A stretch of 32,000 bases of DNA from Mycolicibacterium smegmatis (GCF_001457595.1 NZ_LN831039.1:4530001-4562000); one strand, 5' to 3'. Positions 1 to 7,913 are shown, counted from the first letter of the stretch. The notes: a model not told the origin generated them from the letters alone. Numbers and translations: made by a program.

Positions 1-103
1 TCATCGGGGTGGCGTCATATCCCGCGTCGATGAACAGTCGCCTCGCCGCCGCAACGATCTCCGCGCGTTTCTCGGCGGCGGCCTGCGGGCGCTTCGGCGC
101 CAT
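1..103 (-). CDS. TetR family transcriptional regulator, N-terminal fragment (gene continues beyond the window start)
   Basis: The reverse complement of 1-103 starts with ATG (101-103). It reads MAPKRPQAAAEKRAEIVAAARRLFIDAGYDATPM, a typical TetR N-terminal HTH lead-in. It is divergent from the hydrolase/BVMO pair. Confidence 0.75.
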   Translation of the reverse strand, partial: MAPKRPQAAAEKRAEIVAAARRLFIDAGYDATPM

Positions 104-138
104 CACGTCCTCCTCGATGCCGTTCACGTCACGCCATG

Positions 139-186
139 TTGAATACCGTTCAATAGGCTGCTACGTTTTGTTGAACAGCATTCAAC
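139..186. promoter_or_regulatory. Two copies of the palindrome TTGAA-N5-TTCAA; candidate TetR operators in the divergent promoter region
   Basis: TTGAATACCGTTCAA lies at 139-153. (G)TTGAACAGCATTCAA(C) lies at 170-186. The centres are 32 bp apart. Both sit between the tetR start (103, minus) and the hydrolase start (209, plus). Confidence 0.5.
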
Positions 187-208
187 ATACATCATGGAGG
201 CCGCGACG

Positions 209-1144
209 ATGGCTCAACCGCTCAGCTACACCCGAGACGACGTCACCTTCATGTCCGACGGCACATCGTGCGCAGCGTGGCTCTATCGGCCCGACGGCGT
301 CAACAATCCGCCCATCGTGGTACTTGCCCACGGGTTTGCCGCCTTCCGCGAACTGCGCCTGGACGCCTACGCCGCACGATTCGCCCAGGCCGGCTACGCC
401 GCCCTGGTGTTCGACTACCGGCACTGGGGTGCGAGCGACGGACAACCCCGCCGCATCCTTGACATCCCAAAACAGCAGACAGACTGGCGGGCCGCCATCG
501 CCTACGCCCGCAGCCTGGACAACGTCGACACCACCCGACTGGTGGGATGGGGTTCCTCCTTCGGCGGTGGCCACGTTCTCACACTGGCCGCCCGCGACCA
601 CGAATTCGCCGCCGCCATCGTTCAGGTCCCCCACGTCAGCGGACCCGCTTCAGCCTTCTCTCAATCCCCCAAACTGGTCGCACGCCTCATCGCCGCAGGA
701 CTGCGCGATCAGATCGGCGCATGGTTCGGGGGTGCACCGCACCGAGTGACATCCATCGGCAGGCCCGGCGAATTCGCCATGATGACCTCACCCGGCGCCT
801 ATGAACTCGTCGAGGAAATGGCCGGGGGCGAAGCGGCCGAACACATGCGCGCGCAACTCGAGGCCGAGAACGACGTCGCCGCCCGCATCGCTCTGCGCGT
901 GCCGCTGTATTCACCGGGACGGCACGCCGCCAAAATCACCGCACCGACCTTGGTTCAACTCGCCACGAAAGACGACGTCACGCCCTACGCGAAAGCCCGA
1001 AAAATCGTGGCCCGCATCCCGAACGGAGAGGTGCGGTCCTACGACATCACGCATTTCGAGCCGTACGTGGACCCGCATTTCGAGCAAATCGTGACCGATC
1101 AGATCGACTTCCTGAACCGTCACGTCGGAGCTGGCACCCGATGA
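209..1144 (+). CDS. alpha/beta hydrolase (esterase-like)
   Basis: ORF 194-1144. I prefer the ATG at 209 because GGAGG (196-200) lies 8 nt upstream of it. The nucleophile elbow is GWGSSFGGG (GxSxG). The stop overlaps the next start as ATGA (1141-1144). Confidence 0.85.
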   Translation: MAQPLSYTRDDVTFMSDGTSCAAWLYRPDGVNNPPIVVLAHGFAAFRELRLDAYAARFAQAGYAALVFDYRHWGASDGQPRRILDIPKQQTDWRAAIAYARSLDNVDTTRLVGWGSSFGGGHVLTLAARDHEFAAAIVQVPHVSGPASAFSQSPKLVARLIAAGLRDQIGAWFGGAPHRVTSIGRPGEFAMMTSPGAYELVEEMAGGEAAEHMRAQLEAENDVAARIALRVPLYSPGRHAAKITAPTLVQLATKDDVTPYAKARKIVARIPNGEVRSYDITHFEPYVDPHFEQIVTDQIDFLNRHVGAGTR

Positions 1145-2853
1145 GCGCACCGGCGTCATCGACTCCAACCCTGCCGGCGTCGGTGCACACGCTAGTCGTG
1201 GGTGCGGGGTTCGCCGGGCTGGCCGCGGCCGCAGCGGTGCTGCGCGAAGACCCCCGAGCCGACCTCCTGATCATCGAGCGGGCCGACGAGGTCGGCGGAA
1301 CCTGGCGCGACAACACCTACCCCGGTTGCGCGTGTGACGTCCCGACCTCGCTCTACTCGTTCTCGTTCGCCCCCAGCGCGAAGTGGAGTCACACCTTCGC
1401 ACGCCAACCCGAGATTCACCGCTACCTCACCTCGGTTGCCGACCAGACAGGACTGCGGCACCACCTGGTCACCGGATGCGAGCTACTCGGCGCAGCGTGG
1501 GACGACGACGAGCAGCGTTGGCGGGTTCGAACCTCCCTCGGCATGGTGACCGCCACGGTCCTGGTCGCCGCGACCGGGGCACTCTCCACCCCGAAGCTGC
1601 CCGACGTGCCCGGACTCGACCGCTTCGGCGGCACGGTTTTTCACTCCGCCACCTGGAATCACGACCACGACCTGACCGACGAGCGGGTCGCCGTCGTCGG
1701 CACCGGGGCCTCAGCGGTGCAGTTCGTGCCCGAGATCGCTGACCGCACCGCTCACCTGACGGTGTTTCAACGAACCCCGGCGTGGGTGCTACCCCGGCTA
1801 GACCGCACCCTCGGCCGCCTCGAGAAGGCGCTGTACCGCCGGATTCCGCTGTCGCAGAGACTGGTCCGCGGGATGGTCTACATCTACCGGGAGGGCTACC
1901 TCGCGCTGCTCGCGCACCTGACCTGGCTGCTACCGCTGCTCGAAATCATCGCCAAGACACAACTGCGCCGCCAAGTGCCCGACCCAGCCCTGCGCAGGGC
2001 GTTGACGCCTGACTTTCGCATCGGGTGCAAGCGGATCCTGCTGACCAATGACTGGTTGCCCACCCTGGCCCGCGACGATGTCGAAGTCGTGACCACCGCC
2101 TTGACCGAGGTCACCGAGACCGGCGTACGCGACGGCACAGGCAGGCTGCACGACGTCGACACGATCATCTTCGCCACCGGCTTCACCCCCACTGAGCCGC
2201 CGGTCGCTCACCAACTGACCGGCGTCACAGGCACCACGCTGGCCGCGCACTGGGCGGGCAGCCCGAGTGCGCACCTGGGCATCACCGTGCCGGGTTTTCC
2301 CAACTTGTTCTTGATGTACGGGCCGAACACCAACCTCGGGCACAGCTCCATCGTGTACATGCTCGAATCCCAGGCCGCCTACCTCGCCGCGGCCCTGCGC
2401 GTCATGCGCGCCGAAGGTCTCGCCTCCATCGATGTTCGCCCGGACGCCGAACGGACGTACAACGAATGGATCAACGACGCGCTGACCAACACCGTGTGGA
2501 ACTCCGGTGGATGCTCCAGCTGGTATTTGGACTCTCGGGGCCGCAACTCGGTCATGTGGCCCACGTTCACCTTCCGATTCCGCGCCCGCACCAGGAGCTT
2601 CGACGTCATCAACTACGACACCCTCAGAACGCGGCAACAGATCCGCGGCGTGGAACAGCGCTGTGAGAGTCAACTCGCAGACGCTGACCGTGAGATGCTG
2701 GCGGGCCAAATCCGCCTGGCCGGCGAAGACGAGTCGGTAACGCCATCTACGCTACGCACCGTGCGACGCGATCAGCGGTACATGACGCGCGGCCGCATCC
2801 ACGCCGAAGTCGCCGATTTGCTCGACCGGACGGTCGCTATGAACGGTGAATAA
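1141..2853 (+). CDS. flavin-dependent Baeyer-Villiger/FMO-type monooxygenase with a ~77-aa C-terminal extension
   Basis: It has a GAGFAG FAD motif and the BVMO fingerprint FGGTVFHSATWNHD (FxGxxxHxxxW[P/D]). The second dinucleotide motif is VVGTGASAV. It is translationally coupled to the upstream hydrolase. Confidence 0.9.
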   Translation: MSAPASSTPTLPASVHTLVVGAGFAGLAAAAAVLREDPRADLLIIERADEVGGTWRDNTYPGCACDVPTSLYSFSFAPSAKWSHTFARQPEIHRYLTSVADQTGLRHHLVTGCELLGAAWDDDEQRWRVRTSLGMVTATVLVAATGALSTPKLPDVPGLDRFGGTVFHSATWNHDHDLTDERVAVVGTGASAVQFVPEIADRTAHLTVFQRTPAWVLPRLDRTLGRLEKALYRRIPLSQRLVRGMVYIYREGYLALLAHLTWLLPLLEIIAKTQLRRQVPDPALRRALTPDFRIGCKRILLTNDWLPTLARDDVEVVTTALTEVTETGVRDGTGRLHDVDTIIFATGFTPTEPPVAHQLTGVTGTTLAAHWAGSPSAHLGITVPGFPNLFLMYGPNTNLGHSSIVYMLESQAAYLAAALRVMRAEGLASIDVRPDAERTYNEWINDALTNTVWNSGGCSSWYLDSRGRNSVMWPTFTFRFRARTRSFDVINYDTLRTRQQIRGVEQRCESQLADADREMLAGQIRLAGEDESVTPSTLRTVRRDQRYMTRGRIHAEVADLLDRTVAMNGE

Positions 2854-2893
2854 GCGGTGACTCACCGAAAATGATCTTGAAATACCTCTGAAG

Positions 2894-2967
2894 TAGGGCG
2901 GGCGGGGCTCGAACCCGCGACCAGCGGATTATGAGTCCGCGGCTCTAACCGACTGAGCTACCGCCCC
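2894..2967 (-). tRNA. tRNA-Met (anticodon CAT); a lysidine-modified tRNA-Ile2 cannot be excluded
   Basis: A hand-folded cloverleaf on the minus strand. Acceptor GGGGCGG/CCGCCCT (G1-U72). D stem GCTC/GAGC. Anticodon stem GCGGA/TCCGC with loop CTCATAA. T arm GCGGG-TTCGAGC-CCCGC. Length 74 nt. No CCA is encoded. It lacks the three G-C pairs of an initiator anticodon stem. Confidence 0.85.
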
Positions 2968-3069
2968 CGGTGCGTATCGCGGCACTATGTTCCCACATCA
3001 CCGGCCCGGCGACACCAGGGGTTGTCGGAACGGCCTCGGTTTGCCGTACCGGGCCGCTACGCTCACCGC

Positions 3070-3450
3070 GTGATCCGCTTTTTGCTGCGTATGGCGATCT
3101 TCCTGGGATCGTCGGCCATCGGCCTGTTGGTCGCGGCGTGGTCGGTGCCCGGGGTGTCGGTCCGCATCTGGGGCTTTCTCACCGCGGTGGTGATCTTCAC
3201 GGTCGCGCAGAGCCTCCTTTCGCCGGTCTTCTCGAAGATGGCCAGCAGGTACGCCTCGGCGTTGCTGGGCGGAATCGGGCTGATCTCGACGCTTGCCGCG
3301 CTGATCCTCGCGTCGGTGCTCACGTCGGGCCTGAGCATCCGCGGCATCGGCTCGTGGATCGTCGCGACCGTGGTGGTGTGGGTGGCGACGGCGGTCGCCA
3401 CGATCGTGCTGCCGAAGCTGTTGCTGAAGGAAAAGGCACCAGCGACCTGA
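3070..3450 (+). CDS. small integral membrane protein (about 4 TM segments; resembles the family often annotated as phage-holin-like/membrane protein in actinobacteria)
   Basis: ORF 3022-3450. The hydrophobic segments begin right after the in-frame GTG at 3070 (VIRFLLRMAIFLGSSAIGLLVAAW...). The start is uncertain (TTG 3022 versus GTG 3070). There is no clear SD, so it may be leaderless. Confidence 0.6.
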   Translation: MIRFLLRMAIFLGSSAIGLLVAAWSVPGVSVRIWGFLTAVVIFTVAQSLLSPVFSKMASRYASALLGGIGLISTLAALILASVLTSGLSIRGIGSWIVATVVVWVATAVATIVLPKLLLKEKAPAT

Positions 3451-3467
3451 CAGCTCGCGGTGGAATC

Positions 3468-4505
3468 ATGGCGGGCGTGCCGTCCTCCGCCTTCGCCTCC
3501 GACTTCGCCTCCGACAATGCCGCTCCCGCCCACCCCAACGTCCTCGACGCGATCACCGCCGCCAACACCGGCGCGGCTCCTTCCTACGGTGCTGATCCCA
3601 TCACGCAGCGTGCCGTCGCCGCCCTACGCACCGCGTTCGACTCCCCCGACGCCGAGGTGCTGTTCGCCCTGACCGGCACCGGCGCCAACGTGATCGCCCT
3701 GGCGGCCTCCGTGCGCCCCTGGCAGTCGATCCTGTGCAGCGACATCGCACATTCACTGGTCGACGAGGCCGGCGGGCCGGTGCGCCTCTCGGGCGCGCAA
3801 CTCACCGTGCTCCCCAGCGACGACGGCCTGATCGACGCCGCGGTCCTGGACGACGCCGTCGTCCGGCGCGGTGACGTGCACGCGTCGCAACCGGCCGTCG
3901 TGACCATCACCCAGAGCACCGAGAACGGCCGCGTGTGGACCCCGCAGACCATCAAGGACTTCATCGACCACGCCCATGACCTCGGGTTGCTCGTGCACGT
4001 CGACGGGGCACGGGTCGCCAACGCGGTCGCGGCCCTCGACGTCGCCCCACGCGAGGCCGTCGGTGACGCCGACATCGTGACTGTCGGCGGCACCAAGAAC
4101 GGCCTGCTGATGGGCGATGCGCTCCTGGTCCGCCGCCCCGAGCTGTTCGAGGGAATCCACTTCGCGCAGAAGCAGATCGGCCATCTGAGCAGCAAGCAGC
4201 GCTTCATCGCGGCGCAGTTCGAGGCCATGTTGCGCGACGACCTGTGGCTGCGCAACGCCGCGCACGCCAACGCGATGGCCGCCCGGCTCAGCAGCGGCAT
4301 GACCGAGCGCGGTCTCACCCTGGCCTCCCCGACCGACGCCAACGAGGTGTTCGTCAACCTTCCGGCCGCCACGTTCGCGGCGGTCTCCGAGCGTTACGCC
4401 GTGCACCGCCTCGACCCGCGTCACCCCGCGGTGCGGTTCGTCTGCTCGTGGGCCACCACCGATCAGGAAGTCGACGATGTGCTGGCGCTCCTCGGACAGT
4501 TATGA
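3468..4505 (+). CDS. low-specificity threonine aldolase / beta-eliminating lyase family PLP enzyme
   Basis: This is the C-terminal 345 codons of ORF 2970-4505. ATG at 3468 is preceded by GGTGGA. The N-terminus reads FASDNAAPAHPNVLDAI, and the PLP-lysine context is VTVGGTKNGLLMG. The size is typical of the family. Confidence 0.85.
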   Translation: MAGVPSSAFASDFASDNAAPAHPNVLDAITAANTGAAPSYGADPITQRAVAALRTAFDSPDAEVLFALTGTGANVIALAASVRPWQSILCSDIAHSLVDEAGGPVRLSGAQLTVLPSDDGLIDAAVLDDAVVRRGDVHASQPAVVTITQSTENGRVWTPQTIKDFIDHAHDLGLLVHVDGARVANAVAALDVAPREAVGDADIVTVGGTKNGLLMGDALLVRRPELFEGIHFAQKQIGHLSSKQRFIAAQFEAMLRDDLWLRNAAHANAMAARLSSGMTERGLTLASPTDANEVFVNLPAATFAAVSERYAVHRLDPRHPAVRFVCSWATTDQEVDDVLALLGQL

Positions 4506-4513
4506 GGACGGCT

Positions 4514-4539
4514 CCCTGGCGTCGAGTGCGACGCCAGGG
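4514..4539 (+). terminator. perfect 11-bp stem / 4-nt loop hairpin 9 nt after the aldolase stop
   Basis: CCCTGGCGTCG-AGTG-CGACGCCAGGG, followed by CTGTGATTTCGG. This is a GC-rich hairpin with a weak T tract, as is common for mycobacterial terminators. Confidence 0.5.
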
Positions 4540-4678
4540 CTGTGATTTCGGGGCCGACCCGCCAGAACACGACCATGGTGTCGATCTGGCGGCCAGGGAG
4601 CCATGAAACAGGTACCCGGACTCGCGGCGAAGTTGCTGTTCTCCGATATTTACCCACCTGACGTAGGACGCTGATGAC

Positions 4679-5932
4679 ATGTGGGTTTTGCGCATAGTGC
4701 GGGCGCTGGTGGCGGCGGCGCTGGTGGCGGCCGTGTCCGCCGGATGCTCGACGTCGCCGGACGCCGCCGAGGAGGCGTTCGCCACGACCGAACCACCCGC
4801 GCTGAAGACCATCGACCCGGCGCACCTGCAGAGCATCGTCGCCGACACCGCGAAGAGCCTCGACGTGCCCGGCGCCCTCGTGTTGCTGCAGACGCCGCAG
4901 GGCCGGTTCGCCGCCGGCGTCGGTACCACCGAACTGGGCACCCAGACCCCGCCACGGCCCGACACGCACTTCCGGATCGCGTCCAACACCAAGACCATGA
5001 CGGCCGCGGTGATCATGCTGCTGGCCCAGGACGGCAAGCTCTCACTCGATGACCCGGTCGCCAAGTACGTCCCCGGAGTCCCCAACGCCGACGCGATCAC
5101 CCTGATTGACCTCCTGCGCATGCGCAGCGGGCTGTACTGCTACACCAACGACTCAGAATTCGCGGCCACCCTCGACAGCGATCCTGCCAAAACGTGGACC
5201 CCGCAGGAGGTTCTGGACATCGCGTTCGACCACCCGTCGACCGTCGCCCCCGACACGGCCTACGAGTACTGCAACACCAACTACGCGCTGCTGGGCGTAG
5301 TCGCCGAGCAGGTCGGTGGCGCGCCGCTGGCAGAGCAGTTCCAGCAGCGACTGTTCGGGCCGCTCGGTATGCGCAACACGCTGCTGCCCTCCCCGGCAGA
5401 GGCTTCCGAGATTCCTGCGCCGTACTCGCACGGGTACATGTACGGCGAGACGCTCTACGCGATGGTCGACGAGACCTACCCCGCCGCGATCACCGACGCG
5501 GCACGCGCAGGCACGCTCAAACCGAACGACTACACGCACCAGAACTCCTCCTACGCCACGGCGGCCGGCGGTGCGATCTCCACGGCCGACGATCTGGCCA
5601 CCTGGATACGGGCTCTGGTGGGCGGCAAGGTGCTCGACTCCGAGCATCAGCAGCAGTTCCTCGACAGCCTGCTGCCCGAGGATCCGGACAACCCCGACGG
5701 CGGCCAGTCATACGGGTACGGCATCAGCTTCCAGCGGTTCGGACCCGAAGCGGCCATGTACTATCACGGCGGCGAGATGCCGGGATTCAACTCGTTCATG
5801 GGATACGACCCAGACAACGATGTGGCGCTGGTGATCTGGACGAACCTGACACTCTCGCCGGACAACAAGACGACCGCCAACGCGATGCTGCCGGTCGTGC
5901 TCAAAGAGATCTACTCGGACCTGAGCTTCTGA
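4679..5932 (+). CDS. serine hydrolase, beta-lactamase / D-Ala-D-Ala carboxypeptidase fold, predicted lipoprotein
   Basis: The signal peptide has lipobox VSAGC. The SxxK motif is ASNTK. A YxN-like motif occurs in EYCNTNY. AGGA lies 11 nt upstream of the ATG. Confidence 0.85.
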   Translation: MWVLRIVRALVAAALVAAVSAGCSTSPDAAEEAFATTEPPALKTIDPAHLQSIVADTAKSLDVPGALVLLQTPQGRFAAGVGTTELGTQTPPRPDTHFRIASNTKTMTAAVIMLLAQDGKLSLDDPVAKYVPGVPNADAITLIDLLRMRSGLYCYTNDSEFAATLDSDPAKTWTPQEVLDIAFDHPSTVAPDTAYEYCNTNYALLGVVAEQVGGAPLAEQFQQRLFGPLGMRNTLLPSPAEASEIPAPYSHGYMYGETLYAMVDETYPAAITDAARAGTLKPNDYTHQNSSYATAAGGAISTADDLATWIRALVGGKVLDSEHQQQFLDSLLPEDPDNPDGGQSYGYGISFQRFGPEAAMYYHGGEMPGFNSFMGYDPDNDVALVIWTNLTLSPDNKTTANAMLPVVLKEIYSDLSF

Positions 5933-5935
5933 ATC

Positions 5936-6745
5936 TCAGGTGTAGATCGGCTGCCCGTCGGCGCCCAGGCGGTACTGCTCGGTGCCCTCGCTGACCCGCG
6001 GGGCATCGACACCCAGCGCCACGGCCACCTTGTTGCTCGCGTTGCGCATCACGTCGAGGGTCAGTTCGACGGCCTCCTCGTGTGAGAAGTGCCGGAGCAG
6101 CTCATGACCGGGAGCTTGTGACGGTGTCCAGATCATGGCGTCGACGTACCGCAGCGCGGCCTTGTGCCGGTCGGACATCTCGGAGGTCTCATACCGGTCG
6201 ATCTGGTCGTAGAGCGTCTCGCACGCGCCGGCCTCCAGTGCGGTGGCCTCGCGCAGCGACTTGCACAGCCGGCAGTTGTGCACCCGGGCGCCGCGTAACC
6301 GCACGATCTCCGTCGTCACCGGATCGAGCGCCCGCATCCGGCCGACGGTGGGCCCGAACACGTCGAGCACGAAGTCGCCCGGGTCGGTGTCGTGGTCCCA
6401 GATGTCGCCGTCGACGGCGACGCCGACGCCGAGCGACGACAGGCCCGCGAGCACGCGCGGCACGAAATCGGCGATGAAGATGAGCGTCGCAACGCGAAAA
6501 GTCTCGACACCCAACAGATCCGAGAACGCCAGGCGCTGGGCGGGGTTGATCCCGGTGACATCGACACTGAACTGCTCGGCGAACTCGGAGACCATCGGAT
6601 CGACCGCGCCGCCACGCGATTCGGCGGGTAAGGGGCTCAGGCCGGTGACGGCCGCGCACACCTCACGGATATCGGCGTTGACGTCGGCCAGTTTCGGCGG
6701 CGACAGTGCCGATAGCGCCGCCAACAGGTGCAGCTCGTGTGACAC
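5936..6745 (-). CDS. carboxymuconolactone decarboxylase (AhpD-like) family protein
   Basis: ORF 5936-6937 is trimmed to the GTG at 6745. GGAGAG lies about 11 nt upstream, and this start avoids overlap with the Lrp gene that ends at 6786. The sequence contains VHNCRLCKSL (a CxxC) in a helical AhpD/CMD-like context. Confidence 0.65.
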   Translation of the reverse strand: MSHELHLLAALSALSPPKLADVNADIREVCAAVTGLSPLPAESRGGAVDPMVSEFAEQFSVDVTGINPAQRLAFSDLLGVETFRVATLIFIADFVPRVLAGLSSLGVGVAVDGDIWDHDTDPGDFVLDVFGPTVGRMRALDPVTTEIVRLRGARVHNCRLCKSLREATALEAGACETLYDQIDRYETSEMSDRHKAALRYVDAMIWTPSQAPGHELLRHFSHEEAVELTLDVMRNASNKVAVALGVDAPRVSEGTEQYRLGADGQPIYT

Positions 6746-6785
6746 ACCGGCAGTATCTCTCCGCTGTGGCCTCACCGCCAGACTT

Positions 6786-7685
6786 CTACCCGGCCTGCAG
6801 ACCCGAGGCGTAGCTTTCCTTGACCACCTCAAGGTGCACCCAGCTCTCCACCACACCGACCCCGGCCAGACCGCGGACGGCGTCGAGGATCTCCAGCAGC
6901 TGCGCCGCCGAGAACGCCCGTACCGTGGCCAGCACATCGAAGCGGCCGAGCGTGCGGGCCACGAAGATCACCGAACGCATCCCGGTCAGTGTCTTGAGCA
7001 CCTCGCCGGCGTCTCCGGTCAACCGGATCCCCAGACCCATCGCGCTCTGCCGGTCCTGGCCGGAGTGACGCACCACCGCCCCGACCCGCACCACCTGCGC
7101 GTCGATCAGCCGGACCACCCGCCTGCGCGCACCCGCAGGCGAAAGGCCGACGGCCTCGGCAAGTTCCACATACGACGCCCGGCCGTCGCGCTGCAGCGCG
7201 CGCAGCAGCGCCAGATCGGTGTCGTCCACCTCGACGCTCACGTCTCCGACCGGTCCGACCACGTCGCGCATCACCTCGACGTAGGTGAGGGTGTCGACGC
7301 CGACCACCCCGCGCAGCGACCGCAGGGTTGCGACCACACCGTCGAGGTCACGCACCGACCCCACCCGCGCCTCGGCGATCAGACCGAACTGCCCGCTGGT
7401 CAGCGACAGGAACGCGACGTCGTCGCGGGTCGCGAGGATCTGCGCTATCGGCGCCGCGGGTCCGTCGACCATGACGCTGACGTGTGCGAGTGCGCCGCGC
7501 CCCAGCACCGCGGGGTGGACGACGCCGCGGACCACGACCTGCCCGGAGGCGATCAGCCGCTGCACCCGGGCCGCGGCGGCCGACCGGGACAACCCGACGC
7601 GATGGGCGATGTCGCGGTGGGTCAACCGGCCGTCGTCTTCGAGCAGGCTCACGATGGCCTCGTCGACCTCATCCATGCGATCCAT
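6786..7685 (-). CDS. Lrp/AsnC family transcriptional regulator with two tandem HTH+RAM units
   Basis: The first unit is DEAIVSLLEDDGRLTHRDIAHRVGLSRSAAAARVQRL... The second is DLALLRALQRDGRASYVELAEAVGLSPAGARRRVVRL... Each is followed by an effector-domain-like beta-alpha segment. The start is taken at the ATG at 7685 (MDRMDEV). Confidence 0.8.
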   Translation of the reverse strand: MDRMDEVDEAIVSLLEDDGRLTHRDIAHRVGLSRSAAAARVQRLIASGQVVVRGVVHPAVLGRGALAHVSVMVDGPAAPIAQILATRDDVAFLSLTSGQFGLIAEARVGSVRDLDGVVATLRSLRGVVGVDTLTYVEVMRDVVGPVGDVSVEVDDTDLALLRALQRDGRASYVELAEAVGLSPAGARRRVVRLIDAQVVRVGAVVRHSGQDRQSAMGLGIRLTGDAGEVLKTLTGMRSVIFVARTLGRFDVLATVRAFSAAQLLEILDAVRGLAGVGVVESWVHLEVVKESYASGLQAG

Positions 7686-7913
7686 GGCTTCCACACCTCG
7701 TCCACCGAAAATCGGGCAAAGATTTTTCGCCACTGTACTACCGGCAGATCTGTCACCACAGCGCGCTCAGAGTCTTATATTCGACGTAAACGACGCGTGA
7801 TGCTGACGTATCGATACCGGAAACACGGGCGTAACGAACGAAACGATTGCGCATGGTGACCTGCGGATTTACTGTTACCCACACCACATTGACGGCATCC
7901 CCAGAGGATCGAC

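Noticed and set aside
2854-3069. A possible integrative element, att site or integrase remnant flanking tRNA-Met (and likewise tRNA-Asn at 31232-31526)
   Set aside because: I could see no integrase or recombinase ORF. I found no direct repeat of either tRNA 3' end elsewhere in the window, and there is no compositional island. The flanking genes look like ordinary housekeeping or accessory metabolism.
2970-3467. The N-terminal 166 codons of the 511-aa ORF that ends as the threonine aldolase
   Set aside because: This part overlaps the well-supported membrane-protein gene in another frame and is Arg/Gly-rich low-complexity sequence. The aldolase homology begins at the ATG at 3468, which has its own SD.
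5936-6937. The full 333-aa version of the CMD-family ORF
   Set aside because: The first 64 codons overlap the 3' end of the Lrp gene and are Arg/Trp/Cys-rich. The internal GTG at 6745, with a GGAGAG SD, gives a sensible 269-aa protein.
6243-7859. A 538-aa plus-strand ORF opposite the Lrp and CMD genes
   Set aside because: The composition is Arg/Pro/His-rich with no recognisable motif, and it is antisense to two genes with clear family signatures. This is a typical high-GC shadow ORF.
7734-7913. A guanidine (ykkC-type) riboswitch upstream of the permease/ureohydrolase operon
   Set aside because: I could not find the conserved guanidine-I/II/III sequence blocks by eye. A covariance-model search (Rfam/Infernal) would be needed to exclude it formally.
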